NCBI GenBank assembly: GCA_002189035.1
Contig: NEEC01000008.1
Location: 2,666,001-2,730,000, forward strand
Length of the DNA stretch: 64,000 bases
Origin: Utricularia gibba
Taxonomy: Eukaryota > Plantae > Magnoliophyta
Reading direction: 5' to 3'
Of the stretch, positions 53,401-64,000 are shown one piece after another. Position 1 is the stretch's first letter. Each line of letters begins with the position of its first letter. The position numbers were made by a program, and so were the translations under genes. The notes beneath the pieces are model-generated. The model worked only from the letters and a program-made list of their open reading frames with translations, was not told the origin of the DNA and did not search any database.

Positions 53401-56400
53401 CATAGCTTTCAGAAGATCGAAAAACCTACTTTTCAATCTCTGCTCTAGCTGTCTCACAAATGCAGGAGATACTGTTGATGAAAGGATAATGGATGCTCCG
53501 GATGGGAGAGCTACACTTTCACCCAATAGTGAAATTAACACATACTGTAATAAGATTAAAATATAAAAATGCATTCACACCTGCAACAGCACCATTATCC
53601 CCATATAACACACTTTCTGCTTGATATTCGTTTGCCACCATAACAATTAAGGCATCCACATCTGCAAAAATATAATATACAAAAAATTGTAAATAATCAA
53701 TTCAAAATGACTTGCAACCAAGACATTGAACAATTCTGCATTAGCACATGTGCACACTTCATATCAAAGATCACATTCAAATTAATAACACAAAAGGGTT
53801 AGCGAGTATGCATGTATCCAAAGATGGACTAATGCGACTAAGCTCAAGAAGCACCTTTGGATACTTCTGCAGGACTACATCCAGCTATTCCACCTTCATT
53901 TTCAAATCGCGATATTACTGGTTTGTATACCTGGGTCGGATGCATATTAAACAATTAAATCTGAAAAATTCAAAATCGCCAATTTTTTATATTATGGCTT
54001 CCCTAACCAGTTCATCATTATATCTCTTTCCATTAGTTGAAACCAGTTTTTGTTATTAGTACAAAAATACATATAAAAAAATGAGAGTATAAAATATAAA
54101 AACCAGATGGTCATCTCAATAAGAAAATAAGCCTCCAGTGATAAAAGAAGATTTGAAGATCGGGTGTATTATAGGGAGCGGATGTTTCTAAGCTTAGATT
54201 TATTTTTATCTCTGGAAACTTGATAAGTTTTTTATATGGGTGAAGCCAAAGAGCCATTTGCCTTTGAAGACATTTCTCATGAAAAGTAATTTAATAATGT
54301 ACCATAAATGAAGCAAAACCTCCTAGCAGGAACTTCTCTCTCTATATGGAATGAGAAGCACAGAAAGACTTACATCATAACCAAGCACATTGAAATCAGA
54401 TTTCAGAAGATGCGTTGCCATGCCAAAACCCATGGCCCCTAACCCAATAAATCCAATACTCTCCACATTTTTCGAAGAAACCAGTCTAGCAGCCAATTCC
54501 TCTGGATCGTAGGCTTTTGCATGAGCAGCATCTATGATGTTCACCCCCATTAATCTTTCCCAGAGCTTTATACACATTTAGGCATTTGAAGTGAGTAATA
54601 GATGATATCATTAAAAAACACGGATTTCATCAAAAGTCTTTCTTACTTACCTTAAGAGATGGTGTTTCTTTGCTGTCTGTCATGCCATTTGAAGAAACTG
54701 TTAAGATATGGGTCAAAAGGAATATCTAAGCAAAGTTTTGAATGAATATTACAATACTTTTAGAAAACTGAAGCATATAAAAGAAAATGAAGCTCCAAAA
54801 GTCAAAACGAGAACCAAGCATACCTGCAAGGATTTGCTGGTGAGCAACTGCTAAAAGAGGAAGGGGAAATCTTAAACTTTTAGCCATCTCTAGCACTAGA
54901 ACCTGTAGAAAAAGACCGCATTATGTTAAGAAAACTAAAATCATTGAATAACAAGGAAATGTAGTCACCAAATCCTTGGGGAAACATGGACTTCGCTGCA
55001 GGAGCAAAGATTTTATAATGACTGTGAACCTAATGTAACCACTTCTTTATGCACCTTGTACCCAACTAGATGACGAAAATTCATAATGACCTATTCACAA
55101 GCCTCGATTTCAGGATTTATTATGGGAGTCTAAATGTTCTCATGTCCAACACACAATGAAAATATTATAAGAGAGGTAAGATTTCCTATCTTGATGATAG
55201 ATACATCCATTTGCTTATCTCTGAACCTAAGACTAGGGTAGTTCTGATGCCCTTGAGGAACAAATTTAATAACAGGGTAAACGTGTGTCCTCTTCACAAA
55301 AAAGAATGGTTGCAAAATTTTTCAAAATAACTACCAATTGAACTCAAATAATTTAGCAAACAACAAAACCATTTGGCTACTCATTTTTTGCCATGTTAAA
55401 GATACAGAAGAAAAAAACTTCACCTAAGGAAATCTTAAACAAACACCCAAGAAAAACTATACAACCGAAGTAAAACTCAACTCCCTTGCATTATTCAAAT
55501 TTATCAGCCACTGATTAAGTAGAATTTTGATTTAAGCAGGCAATATCAAGTATAGGAAAGCTGTTCCCACATGGAAAATTTCAGTGCAAAATAGGAACTT
55601 AGTGATGCAAAACGCTTCAATACAAAGGATCATTCAGATAATGCAAAAAAGATGCAAATTCGAATGTTCACAATCTGCTTCAGGTTCCTTACCAAACTTT
55701 CACGTAGAGCATCAAGATACTTGCAACTCCATTCATGATGATTAATCAGACTAGGAACATAATTTTTGAAAACCCTGCAAAGCATTTGATTACAGAAAGT
55801 AAAAGACATTAAAATCAAAAGAAAATGATATACGTGTGGCCAAAAACATCAAAGTCTAATTAAGGAGATATACTCAATAGGGAGCTGCAGGAGGTATGCA
55901 ATATGGTTTTATCTAAGTGAAGCAAAGCAAGTCAGAAGATAGGAGAGAATCTTGGGCTAGCTAGCACATCAAAATAATCAGAAAAAACAGATGGACTACA
56001 TGTTCTGGTGAAGTTTTAGTTATTCTGATGGTGTAACTCAAGATTCTCTTGACTGTACCACTTATTGGATCAGTCACATAAAAGATTCTTCCCAATAAAT
56101 AAATTAAGTATCTTAACAGCCGAGGTTGAGCCAAAGTGAAAAGAGAAACTTGAAATTTCTGGTTGCATATTACCATGAATTTCCAGCTGCATTGGAGATG
56201 ATGTTATGTATTATCCATGGATGAATTCCAGCACGAGCACTGAGGGCCAATGCCTCAACTGCAGCTACAAGGTGGATTCCCTCCAAAAGGTCAATTACCA
56301 TTTTGATTTTGCTGCATAAATTCACATATAATCATATAGAAAATGATCGTGTGAACAAAACAAAAATTGGAGTGAATTGCCTCAGGATGACAGGAAATTA

Positions 56401-58018
56401 TGAATTTATCAAGACACTATTTCCACATTCCGTATTCATGAAGTATCAACTATATACAATAAGGAGGTGGGGCCCCACATCATAAAAAAATCCTTTATTT
56501 TTGCAAGAAAACCAATCTAGAAGTCATAGTTTCAAAGAACATACAACAAAATACCTTGCAGCACCTATATCACCATCACATATGAAAATCCTTTCACTCA
56601 TTCCTGCTTACACAACAAATGTAAGTCATAAACTTTTTACAAGGCACCATCTCCAGAACCACTGAAAATTATTAATGGATATAAACCAGAAAGAAATGGC
56701 CGTGCTCGTGATGTAGACTCTGATTGTCCCGAGGAAATAATCTGAGTATAAAAAATAAACCAGAACAATCATCTACCAACTTAAGATGCATGGCCGGAAA
56801 TAAATGGGGAATCTAAAATATAAAACATCAAACTGCGTACCAATATATCTTCATTTGCAGCTCCAGATGTTGCCTTCATTACATACATATCAACTATGGT
56901 TTCTACCCGATATTCATCTGCCAAAGAACAGGGAGAAATGAATAGGCCACTTAGAGCTTTCCATAGTCCAGGTACTCAAAATTTACTTGCTGAGGATGCA
57001 ATTGGAACTCAAAATAAACAAAATATTCATCGACATGACATTATGAAACTTCACCGAGCTGACTTGTTGAATTGTGTCTACAGTTTAAAATAAAAACATT
57101 CCAGGCTACTATGCAGGAGACATCAAGACTGCACTCATTACTTGTGTAAAAGAAAAAGGAAGTATAATAGATTCAATAACCGCTAGAATAATAATATGTT
57201 GTCAAGCAGAAAAATTTTCACCTCTTAGACGTCTCTCCAGTTCTTGAATATGTAAGGGGTGTACAGTTGAATGAAGAACGATGACTACATCTTTGGATAG
57301 TCCTAGAAATTCACAGAAAGCAAACCTATCACATCAAAATAAAAAAAATAACAGAAAAAATGGATCGTTTTCCCCATTTCTTTCAAAGGGACCTCCATTA
57401 TATACTAAAAATATCACCTGCTGCAACACTTTCATTACAGAAGAAGATACCCGGTATTTGATCAACATGTGGTATCAAGATGACCAAAGCACTGACGCCT
57501 ACATTTAATACAGCAGGATTGAAAAACAATGTTAGTAAAATAGTATCTTGTAGCTGCTTAACCAATAGAAGTTTTATCATTTAAACACTCCTTACAAATT
57601 ATACAACCATCAAAGAAAAACTAAACGTTACACGTCATCCCATTAGCTCTTCATTAATGTATTACATGCTGTATTAATGTAGGCCAAAACGCTCATATAA
57701 CAAATTTCAATTTCAGAAATCAGCATTGCAGGAACAATGTAGATCACCAGTTTTCACGTCAACCAGATTAGTGCAGCATTTTCCAAACTTGGAGAAATCA
57801 TTCATCAGACGCGGCGACGTCTGCCATAGAGAATCAACGCTTGTTGTTCATCAAGTACGATTAGATGCAAGAAACCAATGAGGGATGTTACTACAACATG
57901 AATGCAACAAATGAATTACATCAAAAGCCTGAACCGTAAATCCAGATTGCGACAGAAGTGCCGCGAGTTTCAGAGAAACCTCGTCCAGTCCCACAAAGCC
58001 TACAACACCCGCCGCCAT
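44480..58018 (-). CDS. Ketose-bisphosphate aldolase class-II family fusion protein (At1g18270-like): two hydroxyacid dehydrogenase modules, a DUF1537 kinase and a class II aldolase
   Basis: MAAGVVGFVGLD start. GFIGLGAMGFGMA (about 54420-54455), KMINQLLAGVH, VVLDDDPTGTQT (about 50620-50660), GGITSSD, IVFPGNVG, GYAVGAFNVYNLEG, VEAELGRLSG, IGNVHGKYP, LHGASG and KFNVNTEVR. Stop at 44482-44480. Confidence 0.95.
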
Positions 58019-58341
58019 CGCCGATGAGATGACAGGCATCTGAATGAGGAGGCGGAGGAGAATGATCAACGGAATGGATATAAAGCAGCAACAAAAAGCT
58101 CCCCCACTCAATTACAAAATACACGTAGACTAGCTGTCATTTCGTCAGTGGATTGTCGTTTGTCAACCTTTGCTTATCCAAATGTGATACGAAAGTAATA
58201 AAAGACAAACATAAATATTTTCAAGTTATAGAAAATGATTTTCCGTACCATATGAAATATTTATGTTGTTTTAAAATTATTAAATAGTAAATAAAATATT
58301 GATCATATTGAAATTAAGTATGAAAGTCAATTATACAATAA

Positions 58342-58718
58342 GGATGCGTTTGGTTTGTAGTATAAATTATCCCAAAATAAAATTAAGTAAGATATTAGGT
58401 TAGGATTAAATGGGATTGTATTTTGATGTGTTTGGTTTGTATTATAATAATTGAAATATGATAGTTGTTTGTATAATTAAAATGATGAAAATATTCTTAT
58501 TTTTTTAAATTGGGTTTTCTATAAAAAAACAAAAAGCATTTATGTTATTATTATGGTATTCAAAAATAACATTCAACAAACTTGAATTATTTTATTCTAT
58601 TTTCATAGAATAAAAAATCTATATAGTAGAAGATAACTAATTACTTATTCATAATCAAACATCGAATAACGATATACTATTTAATTATACCTTATTATCC
58701 CACGAACGAAACGCACCC
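58342..58718. mobile_element. Tourist-like (PIF/Harbinger) MITE, 377 bp
   Basis: Imperfect terminal inverted repeats GGATGCGTTTGGTT / AACGAAACGCACCC, with a TAA target-site duplication on both sides (58339-58341, 58719-58721) and an AT-rich interior. Confidence 0.85.
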
Positions 58719-59107
58719 TAAATATATATCATATTAAAAAAAGTTAGTTTCAATTTATTATTATTAATATATATTTTTTATTTGTATATTCTTAATTATT
58801 TCTTATTGTTTATTATAATAGATGGAGCATTTAAATAAGAGATGTTAAGTGGAGAGGTAGAAGGTCGAAGTGCAATCTAAACAATCATGAATGACACAAT
58901 ACAATAGCACAGCATTTCACACACACGCACACACACATATGTTTGGTGAAAAGAGAAGCGGACGAGGTCGAAGAGGGAACCCCATCTTGACTGCATCCAG
59001 TCCTCCATTTATTACACCTTAAGCTTCACCAGAGGCGGTTGAAGCAAGACAACGAACTGCATGAATTAACACGGCGGCGGAGGTGGGCGGAGGGAGGGTT
59101 CAGAAGA

Positions 59108-59335
59108 TCATTTCGGCGCGGGAGCAGGGGCGAGAGGCGGCGGAGGAGAGGACGGTGATGGAGGTGGACACCATGGCTGGGGAGGAGCATTTGAGAATGG
59201 ATTTGGAACTGGATTTGGCATTGGAAATGGAAATGGAAGTGGAAATGGAAATGGAGGTTCAGCTTGGCATGGCCAAGCATCGCCGGTTGCAGCGAGAAAC
59301 CCAAGAAGGCAGAGGATGACGAAGCAGCTCTTCAT
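59108..59335 (-). CDS. Small secreted Cys/Pro-rich peptide, copy C (frame intact)
   Basis: MKSCFVILCLLGFLAATGDA|WPCQAEPPFPFPLPFPFPMPNPVPNP...WCPPPSPSSPPPPLAPAPAPK*. TATAAATA on the minus strand at 59385-59378. Confidence 0.8.
   Translation of the reverse strand: MKSCFVILCLLGFLAATGDAWPCQAEPPFPFPLPFPFPMPNPVPNPFSNAPPQPWCPPPSPSSPPPPLAPAPAPK
59197..59257 (+). repeat. Hexamer repeat (GGAAAT/GGATTT/GGAACT)n within peptide gene C
   Basis: About 10 imperfect 6-mers encoding Pro-X dipeptides on the minus strand. Confidence 0.7.
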
Positions 59336-60841
59336 GTTGCTGTGATGGGATGGGAGCATGGGGATGCTTCGATAGAGTATTTATAGAAGAAGAAAGAGTT
59401 GAAAACCAAAAAAGAAACATTGTTACGTATGCTAAATGGACTTGGTGCAGTAATACCTACTCCTAAAACACCATTAATGTGGGCATATAATAATCTTAAG
59501 ACAATTGACTATATAATGTTTCCCACGGCAAACCCAAGTCTTCTCCTAAGTAGTGCCAACATTACATCAAAATTAATAGTCTATAAGACCATGATCCTAC
59601 ATAAGGATCAACTTTGCTTCGATATACAACAAAATTGGGCCTTTTATAGTCCACCCATATGCTCAAAATCATGTATACATATATTTGAAATTAACAAAAT
59701 TTGGACATGATTTCGTACGGGTGGTAAGTGAAAGCGTGGTTATGGGAGGGGTCAATGCCCAAACTGCAAGGGCGAGGAGTCATTACACTTTAAGAATAGT
59801 GTTGAATGGTAATGTAGGGCTGGGGGTGTGTTAGAATAGTGTTGGCACAAAGTCTAATGTTTTTAAAGGATTCTGGGACATGGATTCCAAGAGAGTACAC
59901 CCAATGCTTAAGTGCTCATTTGGTAATATGTTTTGATTTAGTTAATATTGAATTTGGGTGTGATTAATTTACATAAAAAAATAAATCAGTTATAAAAAAA
60001 CACATGAATATAAATTAGTATATCCTAATACTATTAAAAATAAAAAAATAATATTAAGGGTTTCATGAAATAAAAAAAAAAACATTTCATTAGAACTTGG
60101 ACCTTTACTAACTGGGCTTTCCGTGTGGCTGAAGCCCAATACTTGATCTGTGTTTTTTTTTTCGTACTTTGATTTTGTCAATTTTGCTCAGTTTCGCAAT
60201 AGTCTCACGGATCACTCGCTTAGCGCTGCAATTGTGCTCCGTTTCTTCCAACCAGGTTTCTTTTTTGGAATCCAGACTGGTGTTTGATGTTGTGAGTGTG
60301 TAATGGAATTTTTGCGTTCTCATGTTTGGGAAAAATGTTGGTTTAAAATTTGATTTTAGGTTTTGACACTCAGGTGTGTGTGAATCTGCGTTTGAACAGC
60401 TCTGTTTTTTATCCAGGGATTTCCTTGCGTTGAGCATTCGTTGTGTTGTATTTGATGTAAACTAATCCGTTCACCATGCTGGAAGATTAGTTTGAGCGTG
60501 TGTTGCCTTTGACCATAAGGCTTGGTATGTGATGGGTTGAAGAAGACTGTGCCGTGGTAGTTTCATGGTGAATTTCACATGATGTTAACAGTGGTTGCCT
60601 TTGCCCAAAATGCAACTTATTGTGTTTGAATGTGCTTTGCTAACACAGAATACTTGAAGAATTTCCCTCTTCGTTAACTAAAAGTTTCAAGCTCATTCTT
60701 GTTGTTTTGTTTCAATATTCTGCCCTTATGTTTATACGGAAATCTGTTTACCTGCAACAGGAATCGATTCTTAGCTTATTGTCTGTTGCAAGATACCTTG
60801 CGTTCTTATGCTCAAGTTTCTATGTTTTAATCAAAATAGAT

Positions 60842-61471
60842 ATGCAAATTGAGGATCTAAAGAAATTAGAAGATGAAGATAGCCCTTTGGTTAAAACACT
60901 GAAGGGGGCAGCCACAGGACTAGCTGCTGGTACAGTGTGGGGTGTAATCGTTGCTACTTGGCAAGATGTGCCTCGTGTTGAGAGGAGGGTAGCACTTCCT
61001 GGTCTGATCCGGACATTAAAAATGATGGGCAGCCATGGTGTCACCTTTGCTGCGATTGGTGGAGTCTTCATTGGGGTAGAGCAGATATTGCAGCATTACA
61101 GGATGAAAAGAGACGTTGTCAATGGAGCTGTCGGCGGATTTGTTGCTGGTGCTACCGTTCTGGGCCTGAAAGGTGAACCACTCACACCATTTTATACCTT
61201 ACGGTGCTGCTATGACGTACACCGAGTGGATAGATAGCATTTTTCATAGTTTGGTTATGAGATTATTATCAAGTTCAAGGCGCTAGTTATCAGTTGTAGT
61301 TAACAGATAAATGTGTTGCCAGGGAGAGGCATCTCCACTGCCGTTGCAGCAGGCTCTGCATTTGCATTCACCTCAGCATTCCTCGACGCTGGGAATCAGA
61401 CCATCAAACACGACACCGGCAAGGACTACTACCCCTACACCCTCAAGAAAAGGCCCCAGAACGCTGAATAA
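60842..61471 (+). CDS. OEP16-3: Outer envelope pore protein 16-3 / Tim17-Tim22-Tim23 family (complex I B14.7-like, At2g42210)
   Basis: ATWQDVPRVERRVALPGLIRTLKMMGSHG...KRDVVNGAVGGFVAGA | GRGISTAVAAG...DYYPYTLKKRPQNAE*. One intron at about 61173-61322. Site II motifs at 60113-60138. Confidence 0.93.
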
Positions 61472-62321
61472 GTATGTTCTCATCCCTACCACTGTTGCCA
61501 ATTACACCGTAATCACAGCAAGGTGTTTGTTTTGTTCCCGATTATCCTCCTCAAATCTGGTCTCCTTCTCAATAACCACGACAAGATGCTTGTTCCCCTG
61601 TCCCTGGATGCTTCCAGTTTCTCATTAAGAGCCACTTTCACCCCACCTTTGATTCAACCACAGACATGTAGTCAAGAGCACCAGTGTTTCAGAGACTGGT
61701 TTAGAAGGATGGTAAAGAGATTGAATAATGATTGAAGAGACGATGATCTGGGGAAGTGTAAGCTTGAAAGAACACTAAAGTAGTAGGTGACTGTTTGGTA
61801 GTCCTTTTCTTGGTGGCAATTTTGTGCGCATTAATTCCTGTTTGTAAAGGTCTTCATCATTCATTCAAAATTGCATGAATTCCGAAAGACCAGACAAAAG
61901 CCCCATTAAAGAACGCAGCCTTTTGATGAGGTTCAATCAAGGTGTCATTCAGATTTTGGCATTTTATTAATACAAGAGAAAGGGAGTGTGCGTCATTAAG
62001 AAACCTATGCAGGATCTGTCTGTCCACCCACACCACTCATGCATCAAGATTCAAACTTTCAATCAAAACAACGTAATTGAATTAGGGTTTATATTTTTTT
62101 TTCTTTTTTGAAAAAAAAATAATTGATTTATTTTTGTGGTAATTTTTTTGGGAAAAAAACAGAGGAGAAAAGTTTTTGCCGTTTACAGGTTTTGTTGCAA
62201 AAAGTCAGTGCTGTTGAGCACGAAGAGATGGGGGGAGTGATTTAACGTAGACTTTGTCGTCTTATGCTTCTCCTGCATTCAATTCCTTCATTTGCTATCC
62301 CTTCCTTTCAACCGCAACTGA

Positions 62322-62395
62322 AAAACCCTCTTCCCCTCTCCCTCCCTCTCCTCTCCCTCTCCCTCTCCCTCTCTCTCTCTATCTCTATCTGTCTC
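62322..62395 (+). repeat. CT-rich microsatellite tract in the 5' leader of the TGA gene
   Basis: (CTCTCC)n(CT)n. Confidence 0.75.
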
Positions 62396-62448
62396 CTTCA
62401 CGTCTGCGTCCTGGGATGGATTCTCCCTATTTTTTCTGATCGACCGGA

Positions 62449-63757
62449 ATGGATTTCGCTTCCTCTTCCGCTGCTTCAGTAGACGAAGAGGAGGAGGAGG
62501 AAGAAGAAGAAGAAGACGAAAACTCCACTGCCCACCCAAAAGCCTGTTGTTCTCCAACACCCAAAACGATTCCTTCGCCAGAAGCAAGGACAGCGGCGGA
62601 GCTTACAACATGGGCGATTTGGATCAGTCCCTTCTGCAGTTCTTCGATGATCAGCAAAGTATGTTCGCCTTTTCTTTTCCTTTTTTTTTTGTCAGTTACC
62701 TGAAGCCTGCGAAGATTCTCCGGCGGTAAAAAGCTTGCACTCCCCTTTGACCAGAAATTATCAAAAAAACTGTACTGTGAAACCGGGATGCGGCACCACT
62801 TTATTGCACAAAAACGGCAAAAGAAATAGTCTTTAACCCCTTTCTTGCTTTCAGGGACTTTCTTGAATTCAGCATAGACATGTAACAAACTCTCACATAT
62901 TCTGTTTCATCCTTTTTTCCTCCATTATTGCAAATCATTTGTCTCTTTTTTTTTTCAATTCAAATAAATTATTGATTTTTTTTAAAAAAAGAATCCATCT
63001 TGTTTGTGTTGTGAGCAGAAAGTGGTGATATGAGGCCACACACCCTCAACATTTTTCCTTCAGAGCCCATGCATGTGGTGGAGCCATCTTCTTCTACTTC
63101 AAAGGGAGCTGAAGCAACAGCAGCTGTGGTTGTCACAGAAGCTCTTTGCAAATCTTTTACTGCTGTAAAAAGTTCTCTTTAGGTGACTAAATGGATGAAT
63201 TCTCCCTGCAGCAGAGTCTGGGCTTGGTTTCTCCATCTGCCAGCGACTCCCAGAAATCATCTCAGCCGTCCATGGACTTAGCAAACCCTAGATATGAACC
63301 TGCTTCTGCTTCAGTATCTACCAAGGGAGTTAAGGTTCGGGCGTAAAATATTTCCATCAAAAGTCCAATTCTATTATTAATTTCCCTTTCTGCTATGTTG
63401 TTTCAGCGTGAGGGGAACCCCAAGGGACTTCTCACCTCAGGCTCCGAGCAAGAAGGCAAGCTGAAAACCCCCGATCCGAAGGTGCTTCCCATTCTTCCAA
63501 AAAACTCGCACAAAATCGTGTTTTGACTGTCGTTTCAATGTTACAGACACTGCGGAGGCTCGCCCAGAACAGAGAAGCAGCTAGAAAAAGCAGGCTCAGG
63601 AAGAAGGCGAGTCCCCCTCTTCTTTCTTCCTTCTCAACAGATTTTACAGTTTCTCATCAGATTGCAATCACAAACGCAGGCCTACGTCCAGCAGCTTGAG
63701 TCAAGCAGGATGAGGCTCACACAACTAGAGCAAGAACTTCAAAGAGCAAGAGCCCAA
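62449..63757 (+). CDS. TGA10: TGA-class (group D) bZIP transcription factor, TGA10-like; continues beyond the window
   Basis: SKDSGGAYNMGDLDQSL, MRPHTLNIFPSEPMH, KTPDPK|TLRRLAQNREAARKSRLRKK|AYVQQLESSRMRLTQLEQELQRARAQ. Contains a GC-AG intron. The first exon has an apparent frameshift near 62535-62541. Confidence 0.88.
62481..62520 (+). repeat. (GAG)n(GAA)n trinucleotide repeat (poly-Glu in the ATG 62449 frame)
   Basis: Direct reading of the sequence. Confidence 0.75.
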
Positions 63758-64000
63758 GTAAGAATTACCCAGTATTTAGAAACCCTAAGAGATGATCCCG
63801 CAATGGGACCAAGCTCCTTCCTTTTCGCCATTGATCACTGTTCCTGATCAGAGCACTTGACAATGCAATTATCAAACCCCATTTTTTAATATTTTATATA
63901 ATAATTTTGACAATCTTTCAGGTGTGACATTAATTTCATTAGACAGGTGATGATTATATGGTGAAATAGTTACCTAATTATTTTAAATTATTTTTTCTAG

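Noticed and set aside
1-64000. CRISPR arrays, rRNA, conserved miRNA hairpins, U12-type introns, intact transposase or retroelement ORFs
   Set aside because: None seen by eye. The U12 and miRNA checks were not exhaustive; Infernal/Rfam and a splice-site scan would be decisive.

Overview
Plant nuclear DNA (angiosperm, eudicot-like), gene-dense with mostly short introns, so the six-frame ORF track only captures exon fragments. Reconstructing splice junctions by eye gives about 13 conserved protein genes: At1g36990-like (partial), AKR2, UGGT, plastid YgfZ/IBA57.2, SAG18 ceramidase-like, MORF1, UBLCP1, a NIPA Mg2+ transporter, OFUT27, an intronless membrane protein, the At1g18270-type dehydrogenase-kinase-aldolase fusion, OEP16-3/B14.7 and a TGA bZIP (partial). 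There are also two tRNA genes (intron-containing Met-CAT, Arg-TCG), one clean Tourist-like MITE and several AT-rich repeat relics. The least explained system is a dispersed set of four intronless genes for small secreted Cys/Pro-rich peptides, each with a TATAAATA box; I do not recognise the family. Other leads are tRNA genes just downstream of two stop codons (possible mRNA-tRNA dicistronic transcripts) and an ORF-poor TATA-driven unit with a partial miR399 target-mimic motif. Caution: at least five reading frames are broken by an apparent single missing base in a short homopolymer, and one expected splice donor lacks its T. This looks like consensus/assembly indel error rather than true pseudogenisation. 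Gene names come from my recall of homologue sequences, not from database searches. Coordinates were counted by hand and may be off by a few bases.
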